Origin: Lophium mytilinum
Lineage: Eukaryota
Direction: 5' to 3'
DNA length: 64,000 nucleotides
Assembly: GCA_010093605.1 (NCBI GenBank)
Contig: MU004188.1
Span: 65,673-129,672 of the forward strand
The notes beneath the pieces are model-generated. The model saw only the letters and a program-made list of their open reading frames with translations. It was not told the origin of the DNA and searched no databases. Shown one piece after another: positions 46,561 to 59,374 of the stretch (the stretch's first letter is position 1; each line of letters begins with the position of its first letter). The position numbers and the translations under genes were made by a program.

Positions 46561-48986
46561 TCAAGTCCATGAATCGTAATCAAAGATACCTGGAAACGAA
46601 GGCATCTCCGCATCGAAAGCATTGGCCCCATCAATACTGTAAAATTGCGGCGCTGAGAACGGCATCTCGAACGTCATATGCGTGGGTGGCGGAGACGGTG
46701 GCGGACGGCTCAACTGGGGCGTCGGCATGATGCTTTCTCTCATGGCGGACTCCCTCGGCCCAGGAATGGAGGATACAGTCTGTAGCGGCGTGCTTTTCGG
46801 CCGTGGAAAGTCGTCCTCCATCATTTCCTCGATCATTCGCATGACGCTTCGATGCACAATTAGACAGCGCACATCAGGGAGAGCTTCCCGGAGCTTTGTC
46901 GCTGATTTGTCTGATATCCGCACCGGTGGTCTGCTAGGGCGATCAACGCTGAAAAGCCACGTCAGTAGAATTCGCAAACGAAAGATGAGCAATGTTGCCT
47001 ACAGAGGTATCTCTCGTGCTAGTAATTCAAAGACGTCTCGCAGACAGTCTGCCTTCGGCCAGCGATCGGCCATGATTGCGAGAATGTTGGAACACGCTCG
47101 GAGCGCGTCAGATACGTCGGGAGAATCGTAATTATCTGTCCGACACTGGGGCGGGGTTGCCCAAAAGCAGTATAGAAGAGTTATGCCCGCTTGGAATTGC
47201 ACCAGTAGCTGATTTAAGATTAGAGACTAGCGATACATCGTTACGGTGGTGAGAACTTACTCCAAGCCAAGCTGTCAAGAGGTTAGCATGGTCAGATAGA
47301 TACTGGAAAGGGTGAGAACATACGTTGGGCGATTTGCCGGTCCATTTGCGTTTTGCGGAACATGAGGCAAGCTTGACTAGACGCCTGCACCGCAAAATCT
47401 CCCGCCGGGCCTATTACGTTTTGCTTGGTGGGTCGATAAAGCATGACCAATGTATAGTGGTAGATCATAGCAAGCCACCTTTGACTGGTGTATCCCTTAG
47501 ATCTCGAGTCTGAAAAGCTTTGTACTTGAGACTTCCAATTGTTCAGTTCAGTAAGAATCCGAATCCGCCATTCCGGCGAGGACTCGAATTGCGCGGCATA
47601 GTTCCAGTGCAGTGTGTAGCCTAGGATCTCGGACTGGATTCGCCTGCATTGAATGATATGCAATGAAGGCGAGACACAGGTATATCCGGGACTATCAGGT
47701 ATATCTGCATCTGCCGGCGTAGTAGCTGTAAGCTGCAGAAGATCCGAATCCTCTACGTTCGCATAGACCTTTGCTGTAATGGTACTGTCTGGAATTGAGG
47801 TAGGGAGGTCAAAAGAGAAAGAGGCCAACCGATCGAGCTTATAGGCGCACCAAAAGGTCCTCCGCCGTAGCTGGTTTTGTAGGTGGATGGTCGCGTTGAT
47901 CGGTTCTGGCTCCATTTCCGCGAGATGAAATTGCGCTTGCACGCAATAACGAATGATAGTTGAAGAAAGGGACATGATACGATCCGTAGAGCTTCTGTGC
48001 AATGCATGCATCGCCATGACCAGGTAGGCTTGAATCTGCAGGATATGATCGCCTTGTCTGAGTACGGAAGGCAGGAGGGTGACGCCTTGTCGATAGAAGA
48101 TCTGAGAGTCGAACTTCCCCACCCGAGGTATTAAAAGTAGCGCAGTCGCATATACCATATTGACAAAGAAGCCTTTCCATGCCTGACGCCCATAGTCGCT
48201 AGGCGGACATGTCTTCCAAGTAGAATGCCAGAAGAGGAACGTCTCCCAATGGAAGAAGGGATACTGAGCTTGAGCTCTTTCGTGGTAGGCATCTATGAGA
48301 AGCTCCTCTACTTCAAGTGGAAGCTGAGCCACAAGGCTATGTGGTAGGAAGGTAGCCTTAGTGGAAGATACGTGGTGGAGATTTGGAGAGTCCGCAAGTG
48401 CAGCGTCGTCCCGTGACGCAGCTGGCGATGTGACGAGTCCTAAGATAAGATGGTCCAGATCGGAATCATCGTCAAGACCAAGATTCGAAACATGTCGCAA
48501 TTGGGCTTCATTAGACATGGTAGATATGCGGGTATTCGTAGCACTTCGGGATGTCGATGCTGGAGATTCAGCAATGTGGAAGTCGCCGGGCGATTCAGAG
48601 ATGACTTCTGACGGCGCTGGACCAACCATGCCATTCGAAGCTGACCGCTCCAAGTTACTGGTTGAAGGGCGGTTCTGGTGATCGGCCAGCTGGGCTCTTG
48701 CATCGTTCAAGAGGGATGACCGTCTTCGAATATGATCAAGACTCTGCTGCGGATCTAGGGCTTCCAATTCGGCAATACGTTCCTCGAGGGCTCGAATGTA
48801 CTCCCCTTCAGCATGGCCTCTTGGGGCAGGCTCGGTGGCGACGCACTCTTCTCCAGACTTCCTGCAGTTCCTACATGGCCGACTCTCATCACACTTCTGC
48901 TTTCGGTGGCGGCATCTCTTGCAGGCTAGGGTGCGGGCCCTCTTCGCTGGCCGCGAGCTGTCCGACTGCGATTCCTCATGATCCAT
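46561..48986 (-). CDS. Zn2Cys6 transcription factor with fungal-specific TF domain (Ppr1/UaY-like architecture)
   Basis: CKRCRHRKQKCD..PCRNC..C, coiled coil YIRALEERIAELE and RRRTFWCAYKLDR; short 3' introns. Confidence 0.92.
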
Positions 48987-49632
48987 AAGTGTTGGCTGGG
49001 TATGTGGGCAAGAAGAGGGGGCACATGTTGCAGGTACTGGTGCTGGAGAAGGGTCCACTCGTTATCTTCGGATCCGCTAGCATATATCGAGAGTCGGTCC
49101 GATGAGGGGAAGCTGAAGTCGCTTTCTGTTCATCAGAACGTGACACCGCGAGTACGTCGCCTAATTAGACTTAAGAACCCATTGCTGGAATCTGATAATC
49201 TGTTTGAAATAATACATTTGAAGCCTAAGTCTGCTAAGAACCACTCTCACGTGACCCGTCGATCGAGCATGGAGCTTTCCGTCCGACTCCCAGCTTCAAC
49301 CTCAACTGCACATCGACCACCGTCTGCTCTCCTAGCAGTTCCACCCAGCGCTTCCAATGCCGCGGGATTTGACAATGGAGCTTCCTCCTTGAGGCTTTGA
49401 GGCTCCCTACCTGGCTGTCTGTTCCATTGCCTTGCTCGTTTTGCCATGCAATGGCCAGAGTTCCGCGCGTCGCCTTCACAACACCGTAGCTTCGAGTCGC
49501 ATCCATACCTCGAACATGCCCCTATGTATCTTCACGGATTCTAATCCGAGGATACGTAACGCGAAGGCCTAGGAGCGATGACCACGATGGTCAGAATGGG
49601 GTCCCTCGAGGCTCTCCGCAAAGGTACATACA

Positions 49633-50466
49633 ATGTTTTACTCTGCAAAGGCCGGCGTTCCTCTTGATATACATCCCAGTAGCTTTCGGTCTAACGTGTT
49701 TGCTTTTTCCAGCCCAATTTCCACGTCTCGTAAACCTCCCAACCCTCCCAAGCAGCACCTCGGCCCTCGGATGAAAGCCGTCGTCGCGGCACGAATCCAC
49801 GTCCTCGACCGTATCGACGCAGGCGCAGATTCGTCCAAAGTACAGCGTCTTCTTCACGAAATCCGCAATAGCTCCACTGTAGGAACAGAAGGGTGGCGAT
49901 TTGAGATGGTCGATCTGGACAAAGAACGTGCGACCCTGGCGGTTGTGGCCGAGCTGAGTAGGGTGGAGGCGCTGATGATGAAACCCGGCAGTAAAGACAC
50001 TGGCAAAGCCTTCATGGAAGCGAGGGATATAGTTTTGCGAGCGCTCGCAGCTGATCGCACCCTTCAATGTCACCCGGTATTGGGTCTTTTGGCGGCGAAG
50101 AAATGGTGCAATCTTGTCGGCGTGGATCGTAACATCGGCCCGAGCGGGATGCAGAGTTGGTGTGAAAGATACATCGCATGGTTCAAGGAAACTGTTAAGT
50201 ACAACATCCACTTAAAAGAAGAGGACCCGACCAAGAGTGACCCTGAACGCATTCAGGTCTTGAAGCAAGAGCTGGAAGATGTTGAAGCCGGGAAGCTGCC
50301 AGGACTATCCACACTCAGCCTGCGTTATAAGTTGGCTCGAACGGTACATGTGGAGGGAACCACGATGCTATTTCTGTGGTGTACTTTCTACTTTGCCCTT
50401 AGATTTCTATTGGCTCGTGGAGACACGGAAGGATCGACCTTGGCGGACGAGCACCAATCATCATAG
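49633..50466 (+). CDS. Hypothetical protein
   Basis: 277-codon ORF with globular-like composition; no family recognised; start and 3' end uncertain. Confidence 0.35.
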   Translation: MFYSAKAGVPLDIHPSSFRSNVFAFSSPISTSRKPPNPPKQHLGPRMKAVVAARIHVLDRIDAGADSSKVQRLLHEIRNSSTVGTEGWRFEMVDLDKERATLAVVAELSRVEALMMKPGSKDTGKAFMEARDIVLRALAADRTLQCHPVLGLLAAKKWCNLVGVDRNIGPSGMQSWCERYIAWFKETVKYNIHLKEEDPTKSDPERIQVLKQELEDVEAGKLPGLSTLSLRYKLARTVHVEGTTMLFLWCTFYFALRFLLARGDTEGSTLADEHQSS

Positions 50467-51748
50467 ACTAAGACTCGACCCTCGACGGGAGCAACAAGCT
50501 GTAAATGATCGGGTCAAACATCCTTGATCTCAGAGTGCTGCTTCATTCCGTGCCCTCGCCGTCAACCGCTTCGAATACTTCTTGGTTTTACAACCTCATT
50601 TGCCGCTTTCACTCGATATCCACCCGGGTAGACTACAGTGAGTGAGAACAGCCAGTACTCAAGCGCATTATCGACGTAAGAAGGGGTGCCGAGACTGTAT
50701 TCTACTTCTTAGTTAGGACATTCTCAATAATGAGCGTTCGTGCCGCGGAAGTTGGTAAGTGGTATAAATCTGTCGACTGCCTCTTGGTATTGAGCTCTGT
50801 CAAGATCCAGCACGTTCTTCCCATGTAGAAAAGAATCAGGGGATCATCGTACACTCACGACTTACCGGGAGGAATACTAGGTGCGAACTTTTCGAAACCT
50901 GAAATCAGTCTGTATATGTTGCAATACAGCTGTCTCGTCTTCCACCATGTGACAGGCTCTCGAGTGCCCCGGAGTTTCTATACGCCGTACGAGATGACTC
51001 ACGTCAGGGTTCTTTGAAGAAGGTGGTAGTCAACAAATCTTTGATTGTATTCTAGAATTTCTGATGTTCTCGATATACGCCTACTCTGCGATTGTGTACA
51101 CTTGCCCAGCACCGCTTGAGGTCCTCTGATACGGCAACAAATTTTTGAAATCGCCGAGTTTTAGACTGCCAGTCTTTGTTCAGCGGGCCCTGCACGTGGA
51201 ATATTAATCACGTGTTAAACTTATAAGAGACCGACTTCCCCGTGAAAGAAGTATTCGGGCTATACGTGGTGTCTCTCTCGAGCTATAGTCTGGCTTAGAC
51301 CGCGGTTTACATCAGAGGTAAATTATGCCCCAACTTCACTGAAATGCTGCTACGCTAAGACCTTTTAAGTATTACACCCAAACTTTTCGAGCTTGGGGCT
51401 CGTAGAGATCCATCATGATCTCGCCAAGTATGGTGGAGCGAAACATAAATCCAATCCACGCTAGCGCAGTTCCATGTCGACGGAGAATGACAGGAAGACC
51501 TGAGCCTACAGTGCCAGGCCATAAGTCTAGGCATACGGATTCATCACGGCTTGGCTCGAATTGTGCTTTCTCAACACCACTATCAGGGGTTGCCTAGTCA
51601 TCAAGCGGCAACTTACTCAAGGAGTCTAATTTACACTACTTGGAACTTAGCATCGCACTTATAAATTCGAAATCCTAGAGGAAGACCGCAGAAATTGGCG
51701 GACGAATGTGCCCAGACTTATAATCTGTCGCTGCATACCGTCGAGAAG

Positions 51749-54205
51749 TCAGATTATGGTTATAGTCCTAGTCGTCCACGGATCGAAAAAGTTCATCTCA
51801 AAATGAGCATCATTATGAAAGGGCTTTGATTCGCTATCCCATGCGTTCTGTACAGGAGCCACTCGAAAAAATCCAACCCTCTGAAATCGAACTTTGTCTT
51901 CGCTTCCGATGACAGTAGAGTAATCTCCACCGTCAGCTTCGGCATGCAGGTCAGCCGTGCGTCTTCGATCAAGCGATGGCGGGAAGCTTCGGGTATGCTC
52001 GGGCGGCTGAGAAGTGGTGGCCAAATTAGTGTGACCGGTGATCACGCCTTTTAGAACGAGGCCGAAATAATTTGTGCTATGGAAGTCAGGTCCGTGTTCC
52101 CTACAGATCAGCGCTAGATGAAAGTTAGCTGTGTTCTTGAAAAGGGCTTCCAGATCCGAATTCGTGAGACACTCCATCTGAATTTGCACCTGTGCCCAAG
52201 ATTCACCTTCAAAGGTATAGATCATGGTAGTCCCGAAAGAGTCTGTTTGCGTTCTTTCTGCCTCGAGTTGTATCTCCTCCGTCCCATGAACTCTTGTTCT
52301 TAGTACTAACTTACCACCAGTCACTTCACCGGAGGGATCGTCTTCGTATCCTGGAGTTGTTTCCGCGTGAATAATTTCGCACTTGGGTTGTAATTTATTT
52401 TCCTTAAGGAACAAAGTTATGGAGTAATTAACGGGTAGTGGACAGGAAATCTAACACCAGGACGGCGCCAGGTAGGCTTCCGCTGTCAGTGCGGTTAGGC
52501 TAGACATCTGAGCCCCGTCGTTCAGATTGTGGTCAACCAGCCAGCCGAGACCGCATATCAAGTCTTTCCTCCAAAGACCTGCCAGGTATGTATCTGTATT
52601 CCAGAGAGTGCTTTGCTGCGCGAGCCCCGAGATCGCTGGGAGTCTATCTTGTGGGTAGGTCAACTTTCGGCGAGAGTATCTTTCCATTGTCGCGTACCAT
52701 TAGTGATATGGTTGAGATACGTAAAATTCAGGGATATCTTCGTCGCTATTCGCAGGAGGAGGCTCAACTTCCCGGTCCCAGCGGTGATTTGACTGCAGGC
52801 TTTCCCCTGCATGTCTCATCTCGTCCAGTCGGTAGTCGCATCGCACCGATCGTATCGATTCGAAATGAACCGTGGATTTGGTGAATATAAGGGCCCGACG
52901 GGCGAGGAATCTTTCCTGAAAGGTCCAGCCTCTTTTATTCCACTCCGACTGGTCAACTTCTTTCTGTTGTTGAACCGCAAACGAGGACTGAGGACGAAGG
53001 TAGACATGGCCTTTTATTGCGTGCTGACTTGAAACATACGGTATTTTGGCAACGCGCGGTACTTCCCTTTCCAGGAAGCCTTCATGGCAATTACTTATCC
53101 TGGCAAGAGCAACAACTAGATCCGCATTGCGGTATACATCTTTCATGGATGCAACCTCTGTTTTACAGTCCACCTCGTCATCCTGGACGATGCATAAAGA
53201 ATCTATCCATAAATATCGGTAATCGAGCTTTCTCAAGAGAGAAACTACTTGCTGGAAAGCCAAAGGAAGAGTGTGCCAAGGTATTCCAGATGCCCGTGAG
53301 TGCAGATTTCCTCGCTTGGTTTTCGGCGGATGCTTGGATTCGGAACCACCCCAGCAATAACTCAGTGCAACATAGTGGTTGATCTCAGCATCCTCAGAGT
53401 ATGTCATGTCGACGAGTCGCACCCCGGAAATAGAACCTTGGGACCAATTACTGTCCATGTCCAGGAGTCTGGTAGGGCGACTCGCATCTTTCCGGATACC
53501 TTCTTCAGGTTGCTTGCAGGCAGATATCCAGTCTTTGATGGAGCTCAGAATAGCCGGAGAAGAGGCATCTTCTACACTAAGGATCGAGTTCAGATTGAGA
53601 TATTGAGTGATAGGGTCATCGGCTAGCGGTTCAGTCAACATCAGCAGGGCTGTACGGGGTTGCAATTACTTACCCGACTCGCCTACAATTTCGAATTCGA
53701 GTTGATTTGCGAGAGTTTGTGTTAACCTCGCTTTTTGCACTCTATACCAATTACTACTTTCTTTGGGCACGTATGGGCCCAAAATACGAATATACGCACA
53801 GAACCCAGAGCCAAGAAGAGCGCCGCAAAGCTGATGTTTGACAAACATGTTTATATCCTCACATCCGAGCCATTCTATCTGTACTTTCTCCGCGTGCTCG
53901 AAGTGTTCATCCAGCCACTTCAATGTGGATTCCTTGAGCAATGCACAGAGGTCGCACCCTAGTTCCGCGGAAGCAGACAGCAAAGGAAGGCCTGGAAAGG
54001 TATCTGATCTTTGTCGATGCGAGCTAACATCCGCAGACATGAAGTGCGAGTGCCAGAAAGACAGATCAATTTCTCTTGCTGTGCGAGTGCCGGCCACGCT
54101 TAGAGCCTGTTCCTGCTCGAAAGATGCTTCTCCTTGGCCGGAGAAATCCTCGCTGATTAATGCTGCTTTGCAGAACGCACACAACTCGTGGACGCGGGTT
54201 TCCAT
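51749..54205 (-). pseudogene. HET domain pseudogene
   Basis: Motifs PTRLLD, YVALSYCWG, YLWIDSLCIVQDD, RGWTFQERFLA and DRLPAISGLA. In-frame TAA at 52702-52700 and TAG at 52453-52451 (APSWC* where APSWSW is expected). Confidence 0.85.
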
Positions 54206-54489
54206 TCTCACCCTGGACCGGAGCTTCAATTCGAAGATGTGTCGCGTGTCTGAGGCTGCGGAGACGGTCAAACTTGAGAGGAAACGAAAGGTTAAATGCC
54301 AGCCTTTTTGGGCAGGAAGTGATCCGCAAGACAATGGAAAATGCGTTTGCTTGAACTTGGTTTGATGAAGAGGCTTCTATTGAAGAAGCCAGTCAAGTGA
54401 GCTAAGATGGGAATGTTCAAGGTCCAAGGCTGAGACTATAGAGATGTGGAATTCTCAATATACGGTTGATATTCAGATGTCGTGCACAT

Positions 54490-54780
54490 AATGTATAGAT
54501 CTACTAAAGGAAGGCTTTCCTATATAGATCTAGTGTAATTAAGGCCTATATAGGCCTCTTAAATAATATAATTAAGGCCTATATAGGCCTTTTAAATATA
54601 TATATAGCCTAGCTAGATTTCTATATAGAATTGATATATATTATCTTCTAAATTCTTATATTACGTAATTGGAAATATTATAGAAAGAAGCCTGGTTAAG
54701 TCTCGTAATATTACGAATAAGGAAGGTCCATCCTAAAAGGAGCTTTTTAAGAGGGTTTTGACATCTATAAGAACAACCTC
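54490..54780. repeat. Small AT-rich RIP-like patch with a duplicated palindromic unit
   Basis: TAATTAAGGCCTATATAGGCCT.TTAAATA occurs twice in tandem (about 54536-54600); TpA-rich. Confidence 0.65.
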
Positions 54781-56030
54781 AGTCGTGATTACAGATGTGG
54801 TGTTGCGAAACGACTCAGATCTACCGCCGACATCGGCCATCATCTAGCTACCCGCACGGGTGCTAAGTCACTTCATGGATCAGGGACATTTCGGCCCATC
54901 GACCGTCAACGACGCCAGGAACACCAAGTATGGAGGGTATTTCGACGTCTGTATAGGCGTGAATAACCTCAGACGTGATCGACGTTGTGGTGCTACGGAA
55001 CGATTCGAATCCGCCGTCCGGCACTAGCCATCTCCGGAAGTCAGTGACATTTTTCCTGAGGCCCCACGCTAGGCAGAATAAAAGTGGCACACTCAAGTAA
55101 GTCAGTACCGTCTAAGGTGGCCTGGAGACCTATTAGGCTTGCCAAAGCTGGTATTCCATATGTAGTAATAGCATACTAGAGGACTTCTAACGGTGCTAAA
55201 CAGGCATAGAAGTACTAGGCCTACCTCCGTACTTCACGGACTTGCGGACTACCAATATCTACAGCCACTTGTCTACTACGCTCTCTTATAGCTGTTGTAC
55301 CCAGCAGGTATAGTAGACGCTCCTATCTACTAGTGCTTGGAGTGCCTTAATAAGCTTCCACATAGCCTAAAGATGGCAGGATTTGAGAAAGGCATTGAAG
55401 CACTAGAACTACAAGCAGTGGCAGACAGGTGTAGAACTACATAAGCCAGAATGGAGTGCCACCTTTTTTCATGCCCCGCGTAGGCCCTTTTCCCCAACAC
55501 CCTCACCATCACCCATCCAGCAACCAGGGTGATTACCCCATAACCGTCTGCAGGAGGCCCCAACGTGTGCGATCGCCTCGATAGCAGCACCCAGTGCCGT
55601 GCCCATGTCTCCACGAGATCGACCTACACCAGGATGCCCGCACTAAGACCAACTCGCCATTACCTTTTACTACGCTTCAAGTTTATTTTCTCAATTATTA
55701 AATCAAAAGCGGGTTCATACATTCAACTCTTACGTCGAGGCTAGTACTCCGCTAGAGATGGTTGACAAGGCTATGGCGCTGTGGTGCTGCGAGGAGGTTG
55801 TTCGATGATGAGCACTCTAGGAGTTCTGAAAATTGTACGACAATCGTAAGGCAGTATAAGGGCAACATTTGTGATAGAGAGATGTGCCTCAAAAGGTGCT
55901 GAAGCCCTGTAGCTCCTGCAGTGTCTTAACGCATCATCCATACTGTGTACACTGATTTGTAGGCATTTGAAGTCCTCCAGCACATTTTCACGAGCTGCAA
56001 ACGACAGTTTCTGCAAGGCCGGTAGCCTTC

Positions 56031-56211
56031 CGGGCCACCTCAGACGGCGTCAAAGCCCTGTAACTCCCTGTTCCAGTGACTGCATTGACGGCAATTGTGT
56101 ACATCGGTTTGACACCGTTGGTAGGCCTCCAGCACGCTTTCAAAAGCTGCAAAACGACCCTTTCGGTAATGCGAGTACCTTTACGGGCCACCTCAGACGG
56201 CGTCAAAGCCT
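56031..56211. repeat. Direct repeat, two copies of about 27 bp
   Basis: CGGGCCACCTCAGACGGCGTCAAAGCC at about 56031 and 56185. Confidence 0.8.
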
Positions 56212-56771
56212 AGTACCGTACCCTCAACGTTAACGCAAGGGAAGAGCCGGTCTAAGCCCAATCGAGGATTTCAAAGTCCAACAACGACCGTCACACTATC
56301 CTATTCGCAGGAGTCGGAGAACAGGATCGACTGTCGATGCCGGCGTTCAAGATCCGACGAGTTTCGGCTTTGGTCTGGTATGATATGCGACACGCCGGGT
56401 GTTCAACAGCCGAACAGCCTACGCCTCTCAGGGGACATGCATCGGCGTACGCCGTTAGCGGCCGCGATATGCCCCAGGCTTCTCCACAACCATTTCCCCA
56501 CAACTCGAGGTCCCCGCAAAAGCTCAAGAAGAGGATGAACATGGCGCTACAAGGGCTGTCGTACCCGTACCCAGTTAGGATACGGCACTCTCGCACCTAT
56601 GAGCACCATCAGCTCTCTGAAGAGCTCGGTAGATACAACCGAGCAAGTCAGCTCACCTTTGATTTCTCTCGTTGAGAGATATAGATCTCCTTCGCCTCGC
56701 ATGTCTTGCAATAAACCGCACCTATGATCACCTGAGCTTTCGCTGTGGGACATCTTTCACTTTCTAACATA

Positions 56772-59374
56772 ATGGCGAACAAAACCAAAAGGCCCTTTAG
56801 GGTTGTAATAGCTGGCGGGAGCGTAGCAGGCCTTTCCCTCGCGAATATGCTCCAAGCCAACGGCATCGACTACGTGATTTTGGAAGCCTACCCGAAGATA
56901 GCGCCTCAAGTTGGCGCCAGTATCGGCCTTTTGCCGCACGGCAACCGCATTCTTGATCAGCTGGGCTTGTTCGAGAAGGTCTTGTCATTGGCTCCTCCCG
57001 TTGATCGCTTCAGCTTCAGGAATTCGGATGGCGAAGTGATTGCAGGGCATACGGGAATACACAGATCGTTCAAGCAACGGTAAGTGCTCTCGCGGTAGAT
57101 TTTCGAATTACATCTGATTATTTTTCAGGCACGGCTATCCAATTCTGTTCATGGATCGCCAAATGGTCTTGCAAGTCCTTTACGATAACATCAAGGACAA
57201 ATCGAAGGTCCTGACAGACAAGCGTGTTACGAAGGTCGAAGTCGACGAAAAAGGCGTAAAGGCAATTACAAGTGACGGATCCGTCTACACAGGGGACATC
57301 ATGATCGGTGCAGATGGCATCCATAGCCATGTGAGAAAGGAAATGTGGAGGATAGCGGACGAAAGATCCCCAGGCGACGCTTCCATCTCAGAGCACGAAG
57401 GTTAGCTAACTAAAGCCCTACCTCCGACTGCACGTACGCTAATTTTTACCAGATATTCCTTGTACGTACGGTTGCATTTTCGGGATTTCCAAGCCATGCC
57501 CAGGAATTGAGCCTGGGGGTCTTCATTCCATTTTTCGCGTCGACAACTCTTACCTAGTAAACGGTGGTCCCAATGGCCGAGTCTATTGGTTCTATTTCTT
57601 CAAACTTCCCCAGAAGGTCTACGGCTCCCAAATCCCTCGTTACACTAAAGAGGAGGAAGCCAAACTCTTAGCGGCAAGAGCCAACGACAGCATTTTGCCA
57701 AACCTCAAATTCGGCGACCTTGTCAGGGAAAAGATCACGACAAACATGACGGCGCTCCCAGAATACATCTTCAAAAAGTGGCATTATGACAGGATTCTAA
57801 ATATCGGCGACTCTGCTCACAAGGTAATGGTCTTACTCACTATGGAGGTATCCAACTGACATCCGCAGGTCCATCCAATCGCTGGCCATGGAGGCAACGG
57901 GGCCATCGAGACTGCTGCGGTCTTTGTCAACACGCTAGTCAAAGCCTTGAAAAAATCGACTTCAGGTGGCTTGAGCACGGCGGAGGTGGATGCGATTTTG
58001 ACAAAGGTCCAAGAAGTACGCGAAAAACGGACGGACGGCCTCATGGAGGCTTCGCACGAACAGCAACGCACGGAGGGCATGGAGACACCCCTAAGGAAAT
58101 TCCAGGCGCTCTACCTCCTCCAGGTCGCCGGGCCCGAGGACGTCATGTACAACTTCTCCAGCAACATTCCGTTCGCTGAGAAGCTCGACATGGTGGATCT
58201 CCCACCCCGACCGAAACTAATACCGTTCAAGGATGAGCTGGCGAGTGCGCCGAAATCTAGAGGTCTCAATGGCTATATACTGATGGCAATATATGCTACA
58301 TGTGGCCTGCTGGCACACTACGGCATGTGGATTAGATCTGCGGAGTACGGGCTGGCGGACCAATTCGCGAGCATCATAACCACTGGCATCTTCCCTGACG
58401 ACCCAAGCTTTCCACTCAAACGAACCTACACAGGCATCAGTGCTATCGACTCTTACCTCACCTTCCTCTCGGCTGCTTACATGCCAGGACTTGCAGGCTG
58501 GGACAAGAGCTTCGCGACGTTGCAGATGTACTTCCTTGGAATGCTCATCCAACCCATCGCCATCTGGACAATCGAATCCTGCCGCAAACGCAACGCTATG
58601 ACTCTCCTCGCCATCCCAACAGTCTGGTTCACGCTAGTCCAGTGGGCGGGCGTCGGCATCTACATGCCCTTCTACTACATCGCCTACACCTGGATCTCGG
58701 ACAGCGAGCCATACTGGTGGCCCCTCTCGCGTTTCGTCCCGCCGCACTACGCCAAAGCGCTACTCCCCGCCAACATCATCGGCTACGTGATCCCCACCAT
58801 CCTCATGTTCATCCCGTGGAGAGACCCAGCCACAATCCAGAACTTCGAGGCGCTGTGGCAACTCTCCCCGATGTTTGTGCCGCTGTTGACAGTCCTCTTC
58901 GGCGCCGTGCACAGTTGGCGGTACCCGCAAAAGGACGGCCACCTGACGCCGTACGCCAGCGAGGAGCCGGCCGACCTCTGGGACCTCAAGCGCATCTACG
59001 CCGTTGTGGGCGTCCTGGGCGTCGCGCTGCACTGGGGTATCATGTTGAAGCTCCTGACCTCAACCGACGCGTCGCTCAGCATCAGTTCCGTCTTCGTGCC
59101 GGACTTCCGCGCGGAGAAGCGGTCGCTGGGCCAAGGGATCCAGGCGCTCTTCATGGCCGATTTCTGGGGCTTCTATCTCGCGTCATACGTGTGGTGCTGC
59201 AGCGCGGTGTGGGACTTGAAGCGCGTGGGCAGGACAACGACGGATGTTGGCAAGGCATGTGCGCTGATTTTGCTGGCGAATGTGGTTGTGGGGCCTGGTG
59301 CGGCGATGGCGGGCGTGTGGTATTGGAGGGAGGTGGCTATGGCGAGGACTACGGTGCGCAAGGGGAGGGCGTGA
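56772..59374 (+). CDS. PaxM-like FAD-dependent monooxygenase fused to a C-terminal multi-pass membrane domain, 3 introns
   Basis: VVIAGGSVAGL, IAPQVGASIG, IGADGIHS and IGDSAHK..P..GHGGN..IE. The last exon continues without a stop into a hydrophobic domain (YTGI..ID, WTIES.R, GPGA...WYWRE). Confidence 0.88.
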
